Shown here piece after piece: positions 7,530 to 15,873 of a stretch of 30,441 nucleotides of DNA (positions are counted from its first letter, which is position 1; every line of letters starts with the position of its first letter). This stretch comes from a virus. Made by a program: the position numbers and the translations under genes. The stretch lies in IMG/VR virus record IMGVR_UViG_3300007352_000398. One strand, 5' to 3'. Under the pieces are notes generated by a model. It saw only the letters and a program-made list of their open reading frames with translations, was not told where the DNA came from and ran no database searches.

Positions 7530-8639
7530 CTATTCTGCCAAATCTATATCGTATGAATTAAGCATTTCATCTAATTGTGCCGCAAGTCTATTAGCTTCGT
7601 TGGTCATAGACGACATATAACGTTGAGTCGTCGCCAAAGATTGATGTCCCAATCGAGCGCGGATCTCCTCAGCAGAGGCTCCTGCTTTCAAGTAAGACTC
7701 AGCATGCAAATGGCGTAAAGAGTGGACAGAAATTTTAGTTGGATCTAATCCTGCTTTTTTAGCTAACTTTTTCATTATTCTAAGCATTGATCGTTGTGCT
7801 AAAGGTTGGTTAGGATCGACTAATTGTCGTGCCCCTCCCTTCCCCGGGATTGCAGTAAATAGATAAGTTTCAGGTAAAATTTTTTTATTAAAGTCAGCCC
7901 CCCATCGTTTTGTCAAATAAGCGATTAAATGCTCTTGTAACTTTTCTGGTAACTCATCGTTCATCTCTTTTTGACCTTTTCTAATAAATGAGTATGTTGG
8001 TGGGTTTCTATTAAAGTTAAGATTTTTCCATTGTAACTGTAACCACTCCGAATTTCGGCGTCCTGTAACAAAGTATCCATATATCAGACAAAAATCCCTC
8101 AATCCGTTTAATGTTTTAGTGTTAATTTGAGCTAATATTTTATTTAACGACTCAATACTTATTTTTTTTGATCGACTATATTTTTCTACAGCCACACGTT
8201 GATGTAATGCATCGACTGGATTAATTGCAACCAACGGAGGACTGCCGTCCAAGCCAGGTTTTTGCAAAAACTTATAAAAAGCAGAAATAATACTTATCTT
8301 ATTTTGGAGTGAAGCCTTTTCATGCGGAACGCACGCTTGGGTTGACCCTCCTGGAAGAACACCTCCGACACCTCCGGTCAATTCTAAATCAGTTTTCCAC
8401 AACAAAATGTCGGCACCAATTGCATTTAAAGGAGTTATTTGAGTTACATTGCGTAAAAATCTAACAAAGTGATCGATGACAATTTTATAATGGCGTTTAG
8501 TGTTTTCGTTACTAAGTGATAACAAGTAATAACAGTAGGCAGTTAAAAAGAGATCCTCTGGTTTAAAACTCTTGTCTAATCGGGAGGGATGCAGATTCCT
8601 TGCGTACAGTTGTTGAGCTATTTGCATATGATTTGGCAT
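7530..8639 (-). CDS. Tyrosine recombinase/integrase (XerC/D-like)
   Basis: LRD...TGRRNSE (Arg I), RKG, HSLRH, LGHQSLATTQRY catalytic residues, with an N-terminal SAM-like region. Confidence 0.92.
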   Translation of the reverse strand: MPNHMQIAQQLYARNLHPSRLDKSFKPEDLFLTAYCYYLLSLSNENTKRHYKIVIDHFVRFLRNVTQITPLNAIGADILLWKTDLELTGGVGGVLPGGSTQACVPHEKASLQNKISIISAFYKFLQKPGLDGSPPLVAINPVDALHQRVAVEKYSRSKKISIESLNKILAQINTKTLNGLRDFCLIYGYFVTGRRNSEWLQLQWKNLNFNRNPPTYSFIRKGQKEMNDELPEKLQEHLIAYLTKRWGADFNKKILPETYLFTAIPGKGGARQLVDPNQPLAQRSMLRIMKKLAKKAGLDPTKISVHSLRHLHAESYLKAGASAEEIRARLGHQSLATTQRYMSSMTNEANRLAAQLDEMLNSYDIDLAE

Positions 8640-8713
8640 GCAGTAATTTTATCACGTCCCGTTCAAGAGTTGCAGATTGAAACTTATTAACTAATATTCA
8701 ATTAGGAATAAAA

Positions 8714-10036
8714 ATGAGTATTGATGTCATGTACCGTCTCAGTCCCGAAGAAGTTGAACGTCAGTTAACAGAAATCATCGGTAACGCAAATTTAGATGAA
8801 ATTTTACTCGACAGAGAGCGGGTAAAACGTTTAAATTTTGAAGTTGGTGAGTTCGTGCAAGGACGCGTTGTTATCATTAGAAACGATCATGTTTATGTAG
8901 ACCTCAGTGCAAAGGAGGAAGGCCGTCTTAACTACTTTGAAGACGGATTCGTCAATGATGACCTTGATGTGGGGGACGAAGCCACATTTTTAGTTACAGC
9001 CGTTTCACCAGAAGGCACTATTCAATTATCAAGAAAAAATGTTGAAACACTCTTGCATGAGCGTGAAATATTAGCAACCCTCCAAACTGGAGACGTTGTA
9101 ACTGGCACCCTGATTCAAAACAGTAAAAATGGGTGGATTGTTGATATAAACGGACTTAAAGCATTTCTGCCGTCGAGTCAAGAATTTTTAGTCATTCCAA
9201 ACGAGGGTGTAGAAACTTTAATTGGAACAATTATTGAAGCTGAGGTAGATTCAATTGAGAATAATTCTGTTACATTGACAAGAAAAGCATTTGCTTCACA
9301 AATTAAACGCGCAACCAAAGCCAATTTTATAGCTCAACTACAAGTGGCTGACATTGTTCCTGGTACTATTAAAAACTTAACAGATTTTGGTGTATTCATT
9401 CAAATAGCCCCCGGAATAATCGGTTTTTGTCATGTTTCCGACGCCGGCAAACAACAACTAGAACCTGGACAACAAGTTAAGTGCCGTATACTAAAAATTG
9501 ATCGCGAAAAGAATAGAATTTCATTGGGACTAAAACAGGTGACAGAACCTACTTGGACTGAAATTATCAGTAAGTACAATATTGATGATAAAGTTGTTGC
9601 GACTGTTAAATCGATAGTTCCATATGGTGCATTTTTAGAGATTGAACCCGGCATTAGTGGTTTAGTACATGTCAGTGATTTGAGCTGGTCTGACCACATT
9701 AAACACCCCAAAGAAGTGTTGAAGGAGGGCGAAAAAGTCGAGGTAGTCATTTTAAGTATTGATCCAGATAAACAACATCTATCCCTGGGTTTGAAGCAGG
9801 TCAGCGCAGATCCATGGGAAGGTGTAACAAATAAATACTTTATTGGTCAATCCCTGCCGGGCCGAGTTGTAAGTAAATTAAAATTTGGAATTTTTATCGA
9901 ACTTGAAAAGGGATTAGAGGGTTTAGCCCATCACACTGTTAAATCAAAAAATTTGAAGATTAATGATTTGACTGATGTGACGATTCTAAGAATCGATGTT
10001 GGTCGTAAGAAAATATCGTTAGCCATTGAGGATTAA
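8714..10036 (+). CDS. rpsA: 30S ribosomal protein bS1 homolog with five S1 repeats
   Basis: Repeats with AFLPSSQ, GTIKNLTDFGVF, RISLGLKQ, YGAFLEIEPGISGLVHVSDLSW, DPWE..KY, FGIFIELEKGLEGL. AGGA SD upstream. Confidence 0.92.
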   Translation: MSIDVMYRLSPEEVERQLTEIIGNANLDEILLDRERVKRLNFEVGEFVQGRVVIIRNDHVYVDLSAKEEGRLNYFEDGFVNDDLDVGDEATFLVTAVSPEGTIQLSRKNVETLLHEREILATLQTGDVVTGTLIQNSKNGWIVDINGLKAFLPSSQEFLVIPNEGVETLIGTIIEAEVDSIENNSVTLTRKAFASQIKRATKANFIAQLQVADIVPGTIKNLTDFGVFIQIAPGIIGFCHVSDAGKQQLEPGQQVKCRILKIDREKNRISLGLKQVTEPTWTEIISKYNIDDKVVATVKSIVPYGAFLEIEPGISGLVHVSDLSWSDHIKHPKEVLKEGEKVEVVILSIDPDKQHLSLGLKQVSADPWEGVTNKYFIGQSLPGRVVSKLKFGIFIELEKGLEGLAHHTVKSKNLKINDLTDVTILRIDVGRKKISLAIED

Positions 10037-10056
10037 ACTTTTGCTACAATTAAGCC

Positions 10057-10686
10057 ATGTTTGGATTTTTTGGAAAAGGTGCAATGGTTCCAGCCCCGGT
10101 GGCTTTAGTAGATCAAGCGCAACCTATGCCAACAGAAATGCCTCTTCTACCAGAGGAACCAGAATTAGAACCACTGCCTCCCGAGCCTCTTTTAACTGAA
10201 ACAGATATAATTCAAGAACAAATAGCCAAACTGCGCGCAGCAGTTGAAGCGAAGAAAGCTTCTAAAGAAGCGCAAATTAAAGCCGTACAAGATACGCAGA
10301 AAAAGCAGGCGGCTTATGGCCGAGATGTTCTTCAATTACGCCCGGAAAAGTCGGGTTATGCAACCGAATCAGAAAAAATAATGGGCGGACAAACTGGTTA
10401 TTCCAAATCTTTAGGTTCAGTTTCCGATGAAGAACTTACATCCGTCGCAACTGATGTACACCAAGCAACTTTGTTAGTGCAGCAACTTACAAAGGACGTT
10501 AAAGCCGGGGTTGCATCGAAATCAGAACTCAAGCGTGCTTTACAAGCTCTGCAGGAAAAATCAGATCAAGCTAAACAATTGGCCTCAGAATTAAGTGGTT
10601 TTGACTTAAGTAATTGGAAACACAAACTAATTGTTTTAATTATGTCTGCGACTGTAATTTATTTAGTCTTTAGACACTTCCGCTAA
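10057..10686 (+). CDS. Coiled-coil protein with a C-terminal membrane anchor
   Basis: Pro-rich N-terminus, helical Q/K/A core, LIVLIMSATVIYLVF-RHFR terminus. TTTTGCTACAAT lies 6 nt upstream. Confidence 0.78.
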   Translation: MFGFFGKGAMVPAPVALVDQAQPMPTEMPLLPEEPELEPLPPEPLLTETDIIQEQIAKLRAAVEAKKASKEAQIKAVQDTQKKQAAYGRDVLQLRPEKSGYATESEKIMGGQTGYSKSLGSVSDEELTSVATDVHQATLLVQQLTKDVKAGVASKSELKRALQALQEKSDQAKQLASELSGFDLSNWKHKLIVLIMSATVIYLVFRHFR

Positions 10687-10705
10687 CTTTGTTAGAATAA
10701 CAGCG

Positions 10706-11059
10706 ATGACTAAAAAGGTCTCACCTCTCGAACTACTTGTGGCTGCACATGCAGCAGATCCGCTACCTCCAGTCAAAATAATCCCAAAAAACAGATTTCC
10801 TTCAGAAATCACTTTGATTGAAGATTACCCCGAATCCTCTATTCAACCGACAGCAGTTACAAATAATTTAACAATTAATGTCAGTATGAACTTCGATAAA
10901 GAAACTCTTAATCAAGCCCTTCAAAAATCAGCCGAGGTAGCAAAAAATATCGCGGCGGTGGGTGCCGCATTTATTGGAACAGCGATGATGCTCAGTGGAA
11001 AAAAATTAGAAAAAGTTAAAATCCCACTTACCCCAAAAATAAAGGTCCCGCGAATTTAA
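10706..11059 (+). CDS. Hypothetical protein with a hydrophobic segment and basic tail
   Basis: IAAVGAAFIGTAMMLSG followed by a K-rich end. CTTTGTTAGAAT lies 7 nt upstream. Confidence 0.7.
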   Translation: MTKKVSPLELLVAAHAADPLPPVKIIPKNRFPSEITLIEDYPESSIQPTAVTNNLTINVSMNFDKETLNQALQKSAEVAKNIAAVGAAFIGTAMMLSGKKLEKVKIPLTPKIKVPRI

Positions 11060-11511
11060 ATCAAAGCCAATAAAAGCGGTAGCAGCTGTCTGGCTGTTGT
11101 AATAGCTATATCCTTTATTAATGTCCAGGCATCTGCATAAAATTCATCTAATTTTCTCTTAGCATCTATTAATGCTAAAGTTCCTTTATCCATCGCATCA
11201 ATTATATCGTCTGCCGTTCCTACCGCTCTCAAGTATGTGTCAGCAGCGGCTTGCTGCTTTCCAATTGCTAATTGTTGAATAAACAAAACAAAAGCATCAG
11301 CACCCATGCCTACAATACGATTTTTATTTGCCTCAATTACCCGAATCGCCTGAATAGATGACGTTTTAACAGGGGTTTCCCAAGTTGCGACTTCTACATG
11401 AGAATAAAGCTCTTCAATAAGAGAATCGAACCAAGCACCATCGGTTACGGCCTTTGAATTTTTCTCTAGCTGCTTAGCGGCGCGTTCTAAAATGAAATCT
11501 GAAAATGGCAT
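11056..11511 (-). CDS. Hypothetical helical protein with a hydrophobic C-terminus
   Basis: 151-aa ORF immediately downstream of the lipoprotein gene. Confidence 0.75.
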   Translation of the reverse strand: MPFSDFILERAAKQLEKNSKAVTDGAWFDSLIEELYSHVEVATWETPVKTSSIQAIRVIEANKNRIVGMGADAFVLFIQQLAIGKQQAAADTYLRAVGTADDIIDAMDKGTLALIDAKRKLDEFYADAWTLIKDIAITTARQLLPLLLALI

Positions 11512-11514
11512 AAA

Positions 11515-11868
11515 TCACCGAGGAGGGGTTCCAGTGTCACCGGAGTCACTTGGATTTATTATTAGCCGGCTTCCAGTTTCTTCTGTTGAGAGTCCCATTT
11601 TCTTTTTGGCCTCCCAAGCTTCAACGTCTGGTGGCAATGGCTCGTTATTTAAAGCAAAGTTCTGTGCGTGCCACGCTCGTCTACATGCCCTAATAAAATT
11701 CTGTTCCTGTTCACGCGTGCTAATGCCAGCATTCATTAACGTTAAAAAATTATCGCATAACTGAGCGTTATTAGCAGCGTTTGTTTTAGCCTCTTCTGGA
11801 ACTGTAAAAAAGGCACAGCCACTAACAGATAATGTTAGCACTAAAACAAGAATTTGAAGAAATTTCAT
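11515..11868 (-). CDS. Putative lipoprotein
   Basis: Signal peptide MKFLQILVLVLTLSVSG|C with a lipobox Cys. Confidence 0.75.
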   Translation of the reverse strand: MKFLQILVLVLTLSVSGCAFFTVPEEAKTNAANNAQLCDNFLTLMNAGISTREQEQNFIRACRRAWHAQNFALNNEPLPPDVEAWEAKKKMGLSTEETGSRLIINPSDSGDTGTPPR

Positions 11869-11932
11869 AAATTAATGATAGTCAATTGTTAATAGCGATG
11901 TCAAACAAAGGAATTTTGTTAAACTAATGTAT

Positions 11933-12682
11933 ATGTTCCGGCACTATAATCCTACCGTTAACTGGAATCCGACCATAACAGATTTCTCTGTTCAAAATCT
12001 TAACAAAGTATCCTTTTTTGACTCAGTCGCCAAAGCACGAGCTTTCCTGCTACAAGTCTCTTGTTTATCCAAGCAGCAATTAAACGAACCATCTTTGCAA
12101 GCGAAGATATCAGCTGCAGAAAAAATTATAGCACGCGCCGATAAACGAAATGCGCGACGCCGCCGCCGCAGGCAAGAAAAACGCGGCCTTTCTGCCTCTG
12201 GAGCCGAGTGCTTAGATGCAATTGCTGAGGCGAGGCAAGCATGTGGGCCTAACGTTGTTTGTTATTCAGAGACAAACAATAAAAAAGTATTAACACCTCC
12301 AACCCCGCAGTACTTCGGCCCAAACTGGGAAGAAGTTCTCGGCCCTAAAGGTGAGGTTATAAAGTTTAAGATAGAATACTACAAAACTGGTCCTGATCAA
12401 GGAACTATTAAAAACAGAACCCGCTCAAAAGCCTCCCCAAAACCAGGGGACATAATTCTTGATTTAACTTCTGGGCTTAAAGCGTGGAAAGTTACCACAA
12501 GTGGTAAGCGGACTCCGATTACTCCGACGCGTACGATGGAAGATGAATATAAAAATTCATATTTGTACAAAGTCCGGCAATTGGCTGCGGGTCAAATATC
12601 AACAGCGCAATTTGCTGATTTCCTTAAACAACCAGTCGCTGCAAAAAAGAGAAACCTTAAGCGTCATAAAAAGAAAAAATGA
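11933..12682 (+). CDS. Basic hypothetical protein
   Basis: RRRRR tract and KKRNLKRHKKKK terminus. ATG 11933 (7 nt after TTTTGTTAAACT) is preferred over 11927. Confidence 0.72.
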   Translation: MFRHYNPTVNWNPTITDFSVQNLNKVSFFDSVAKARAFLLQVSCLSKQQLNEPSLQAKISAAEKIIARADKRNARRRRRRQEKRGLSASGAECLDAIAEARQACGPNVVCYSETNNKKVLTPPTPQYFGPNWEEVLGPKGEVIKFKIEYYKTGPDQGTIKNRTRSKASPKPGDIILDLTSGLKAWKVTTSGKRTPITPTRTMEDEYKNSYLYKVRQLAAGQISTAQFADFLKQPVAAKKRNLKRHKKKK

Positions 12683-12728
12683 TGAAAAATACCAAAAAAT
12701 GTTATACTAATTGCGAGGAGTCTATATA

Positions 12729-13532
12729 ATGGCACGTAGAAAACGTAAAGTTCGTGGTAATTATCGCAAGCCAACTCCAAAAGTGGCTAAAAGATACTTA
12801 GCTTATTGGGCTAAGAAAGGTATTAAACGCGCCCAAGATATTCCTGAGGGCAAATCAAAAGAGCAAACTCACATTCAGCGTGTACGCTTCCAAGAAGCAG
12901 CGGACGTAATGCGTAAATGGGGGCTTTCCAAGCGCGGTCAAAAGCACAGTGCTCAAGAAGATGCTCTCGACAATTACAAGAAACAACTGAAGAAATTTAA
13001 AGCTTTGAAAAAGAAAAAGGCGTTCAAGCATGCAGGATTGCCAGCAAAGTATGTCGCGCCTAAAAAGCCAAAAATAGGAAAACTACCTGGTCCCAAATCG
13101 TGGCGTGGTGGTAACTTCTTCCGCACTAACAAAACTAAGGCTCGTCGCTATCTTTCGGGTGTTTGGAATCGCGGCAAGCACCCCCTTTCTGAACTAGCAG
13201 GTAATGTTGGTGTTTGGAATCAATTTACCCCTCGTGTTCAGGAAGCTATGATGCTACTAGGGCAAGAAGAAAGCCTAAAGCTGTGGAATCGCGCTAAAGC
13301 AAACCGTGTTAAACGTGCAGAGAAAGAAGCAAAGAAACAAAAAGAAGCGGAAGCTCGTAAGAAGAAAGCCGATACCAAAAAGCTAGCTAAACTTAATGCA
13401 GTTATTGAAAAGGCTCAAAAGGCTAAGGCTGACCTCAAAAAGTCGAAAAAGGCGGTTGCAACCGTTGCTAGAATGTTCCGTAGCAAGCGCAAGAGTCGTC
13501 GCACCCGTAGGACACGCAGAGGCCGCCGCTAA
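12729..13532 (+). CDS. Extremely Lys/Arg-rich, histone/protamine-like protein
   Basis: ATG 12729 after GAGGAG. MARRKRKVRG...RSKRKSRRTRRTRRGRR. Confidence 0.8.
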   Translation: MARRKRKVRGNYRKPTPKVAKRYLAYWAKKGIKRAQDIPEGKSKEQTHIQRVRFQEAADVMRKWGLSKRGQKHSAQEDALDNYKKQLKKFKALKKKKAFKHAGLPAKYVAPKKPKIGKLPGPKSWRGGNFFRTNKTKARRYLSGVWNRGKHPLSELAGNVGVWNQFTPRVQEAMMLLGQEESLKLWNRAKANRVKRAEKEAKKQKEAEARKKKADTKKLAKLNAVIEKAQKAKADLKKSKKAVATVARMFRSKRKSRRTRRTRRGRR

Positions 13533-13556
13533 CATCCGTTAAGTTATACTTCTCAC

Positions 13557-13584
13557 AAAATAGCTGCCGCTGGCAGCTATTTTT
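13557..13584. terminator. Bidirectional intrinsic terminator between convergent genes
   Basis: AAAATAGCTGCC-GCT-GGCAGCTATTTT hairpin with A/T tracts on both sides. Confidence 0.75.
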
Positions 13585-14320
13585 GTTTATTTGGTAGTGT
13601 TTTTTGATTTGGGCTCAAATTCAACTCGGAGGCTGCTACAATCCCAGCTTTATACCCATCGCTACTAGACTTCTCGACAATGAAATCTTTAACTTTAGTT
13701 TTCATATTTTGAGAAACCCAGTTTTTAGCATCCTCAACACGTGTATCCAATTTTTGGAGAGCATAAGAAATGTCCTCAATATCTTTTGCCGATTTTGCAT
13801 TTTTAATTTCTGATTCCCTTACCTGTTTATTTACTAATGCCAGCCGAAAATCAATAGCTTCAATTGCTCCCAAATAAAAGCTTTCAATATATGTTTTAGG
13901 AGGATATGCATTACGTTTCTCCTTATAGCTAACAATCTCTGTTAAGCACAGTCGATTCAACTCATTAACCAAATAAGTATACAGTGCCTGCACTGAAGAT
14001 ATGTCTGATTCTTCACCAACAAGGAGTAATTGGTTATCTGTTGTATAATTTTCACTGACGACAACATAACAACCGTTATGCTTAGTAATAGTGGCAATTA
14101 AACAAATTTTCCAGTTACTCGGCAACCCGCTATCGTTGAGATAATGAGAACCCACCTGTGACTCTAAATTAAGAAGTACTTTCTCAATTCGATGTTTTTC
14201 CATCAAAGACTGTGCTTTCCCAGCGGCAGCAGCAGCCTCTTCAACATTTGAGTTTTTCTTTGTATCAGCGAGCAGTAATAGTTTTTTTATCTTTTCAATA
14301 ATTTTTTTGCGTTCATCCAC
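13577..14320 (-). CDS. DUF2786-domain protein
   Basis: N-terminal IIEKIKKLLLLA...EAAAAAGKAQSLMEKH signature and a GYKAG C-terminal motif. Confidence 0.8.
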   Translation of the reverse strand: MDERKKIIEKIKKLLLLADTKKNSNVEEAAAAAGKAQSLMEKHRIEKVLLNLESQVGSHYLNDSGLPSNWKICLIATITKHNGCYVVVSENYTTDNQLLLVGEESDISSVQALYTYLVNELNRLCLTEIVSYKEKRNAYPPKTYIESFYLGAIEAIDFRLALVNKQVRESEIKNAKSAKDIEDISYALQKLDTRVEDAKNWVSQNMKTKVKDFIVEKSSSDGYKAGIVAASELNLSPNQKTLPNKQK

Positions 14321-14535
14321 TATTCATCTTCTTTTTTGAATCCAGACTTTCGTCGATTGCGCTGTGCCTTTCGCAATTCACGCCGTTTAACATCACTAGG
14401 TTTTTCATATCGCTCACGTGCACGGCACTCTTTTCTAATTCCCGCTTTCTCACACATTTTTTTAAAGCGACGTAATGCCTTTTCAATGTTTTCGTCTTTC
14501 CCTACAACAACTTTAACTCGTGCTTCGCGTGCCAT
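14320..14535 (-). CDS. rpsU: 30S ribosomal protein bS21
   Basis: ENIEKALRRFKK..EKAGI..E.R.RERYEKPS..RR. AAGGAG SD, and the start is coupled to the upstream stop (TAATG). Confidence 0.93.
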   Translation of the reverse strand: MAREARVKVVVGKDENIEKALRRFKKMCEKAGIRKECRARERYEKPSDVKRRELRKAQRNRRKSGFKKEDE

Positions 14536-15137
14536 TAACTCTCCTTCGGTAAAAGGATATCATTTTTTTCTAATCTTTCAACACCAGCGGGAGTAAGTCG
14601 GTACCCGGTGTCATGTCCCCAACAGTCCCAACCAGCCCTTTCTCGCGTAGCAAAAATTTCTAAATAAGGACCACTAAAATTAATTTCTAGCCAATCTTGA
14701 ATATTTTCAGGCTTCTTTGAGTGCTTCTTCCTCGCGGGTGCATAAAAAATACGATCATCCCCAATTAATAATCCAAGATGTTTACTCTTCTTGGGAGGGC
14801 TGACTTTTCCTTTTCGCCCTATTAAAATAAACTCCGAGGTTGCTTGCGCCCAAAACCCCATTCCTGTCACAATCTCTCCTGAAGAAGGAACTGTTTTAAT
14901 CCAAGGCCACCCTGTAACATATTCAAAACCCCACTCCTTTAGCAACTCTACACCTTGATCCAAACAAGACCAAATACACCACATCACTAGGAGACAATTC
15001 TTATCAGCCCACGTTTCTACCGGAAGTCTTTGGAGTTCATCATAAGTCATTTTAGGATACTGTGGAGCCCCGTGTGCAGGTTTTGAATAATTATTCAATT
15101 TCCACGGCGGATCAGCGACTATTACTTTATATTTCAT
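14535..15137 (-). CDS. MT-A70 family N6-adenine methyltransferase
   Basis: YKVIVADPPW, WGFEY, WIKT, HSKKPE, YLEIFATR, GWDCWG. Confidence 0.9.
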   Translation of the reverse strand: MKYKVIVADPPWKLNNYSKPAHGAPQYPKMTYDELQRLPVETWADKNCLLVMWCIWSCLDQGVELLKEWGFEYVTGWPWIKTVPSSGEIVTGMGFWAQATSEFILIGRKGKVSPPKKSKHLGLLIGDDRIFYAPARKKHSKKPENIQDWLEINFSGPYLEIFATRERAGWDCWGHDTGYRLTPAGVERLEKNDILLPKES

Positions 15138-15189
15138 CTCAATATGGTCTCACATCAATTTTGATCCACAAATGCTAAAATGAAAAGAT

Positions 15190-15363
15190 ATGTCCTATTA
15201 TTTCGGCCAAATAAGCATTCCGCTCACCGCAACCTTTAATATCCCATCGAACGCGTCCGGAAATTACATATATACATATAATACGAATGATCCCCTATAT
15301 CCCTATGTTGGACAAAAACCACCACCTCCTCTATTCAAGCAATTATGGGAAAAATTATTTTAA
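15190..15363 (+). CDS. Small hypothetical protein (57 aa, MSYYFGQISIPLTATFN...KQLWEKLF)
   Basis: Below the ORF-track cutoff. Fills the intergenic gap, with AAATGCTAAAAT 8 nt upstream. Confidence 0.45.
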   Translation: MSYYFGQISIPLTATFNIPSNASGNYIYTYNTNDPLYPYVGQKPPPPLFKQLWEKLF

Positions 15364-15873
15364 TGATTTGACTTCTGAGATCATCTGTATTACTTCAAAT
15401 AAATCGTCTATGGTAAGATCATCAAAATTAAATTCTGGTAATGAATCATGTAATTGATAATAATACTCAGAATAAATACGCATAAAAGATTCATAAAAGG
15501 TAATATGAAATCCATTAGCTACAGGGTAAACATACATAGCGTCACAATGGGGAAAATTATCCAAAAAGGAATATTGACTTTCGGTTCGAGCTAATGAGTT
15601 CATGTGCTGAATAATTTTTTCGAAATCAATACTTCTTGCTTTAATCTCCGACCGCAACTTGTCAAGTAATTTGTTTTCATACTCTAATATTTGCTCGTCA
15701 GTTGGCCTTTGTTTAAATTGTTCTTCGTAATCTTTAACCCAATCTTGCACTAGTTCAAATATTTCAGTATGTGCCTCGTTAGTTGGATTACCATCCTCGA
15801 TGTAATCATTTTCAATTTCAAGTGCGGCATTTAAGGAGTCTGCTGGTACAAATATTGTTATTGATCTACTCAT
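15355..15873 (-). CDS. Acidic hypothetical protein
   Basis: 172-aa ORF with AAGGAG SD, overlapping the end of the upstream gene. Confidence 0.75.
   Translation of the reverse strand: MSRSITIFVPADSLNAALEIENDYIEDGNPTNEAHTEIFELVQDWVKDYEEQFKQRPTDEQILEYENKLLDKLRSEIKARSIDFEKIIQHMNSLARTESQYSFLDNFPHCDAMYVYPVANGFHITFYESFMRIYSEYYYQLHDSLPEFNFDDLTIDDLFEVIQMISEVKSLK

Noticed and set aside
6019-8639. Integrated element bounded by tRNA-Arg and the recombinase
   Set aside because: No duplicated tRNA 3' end or compositional boundary was seen, and the gene style is the same on both sides.
6092-15137. AlkB and MT-A70 as an m6A eraser/writer pair
   Set aside because: The genes are 8 kb apart and the AlkB looks like the ordinary ALKBH2/3-type repair enzyme, so no sequence evidence links them.
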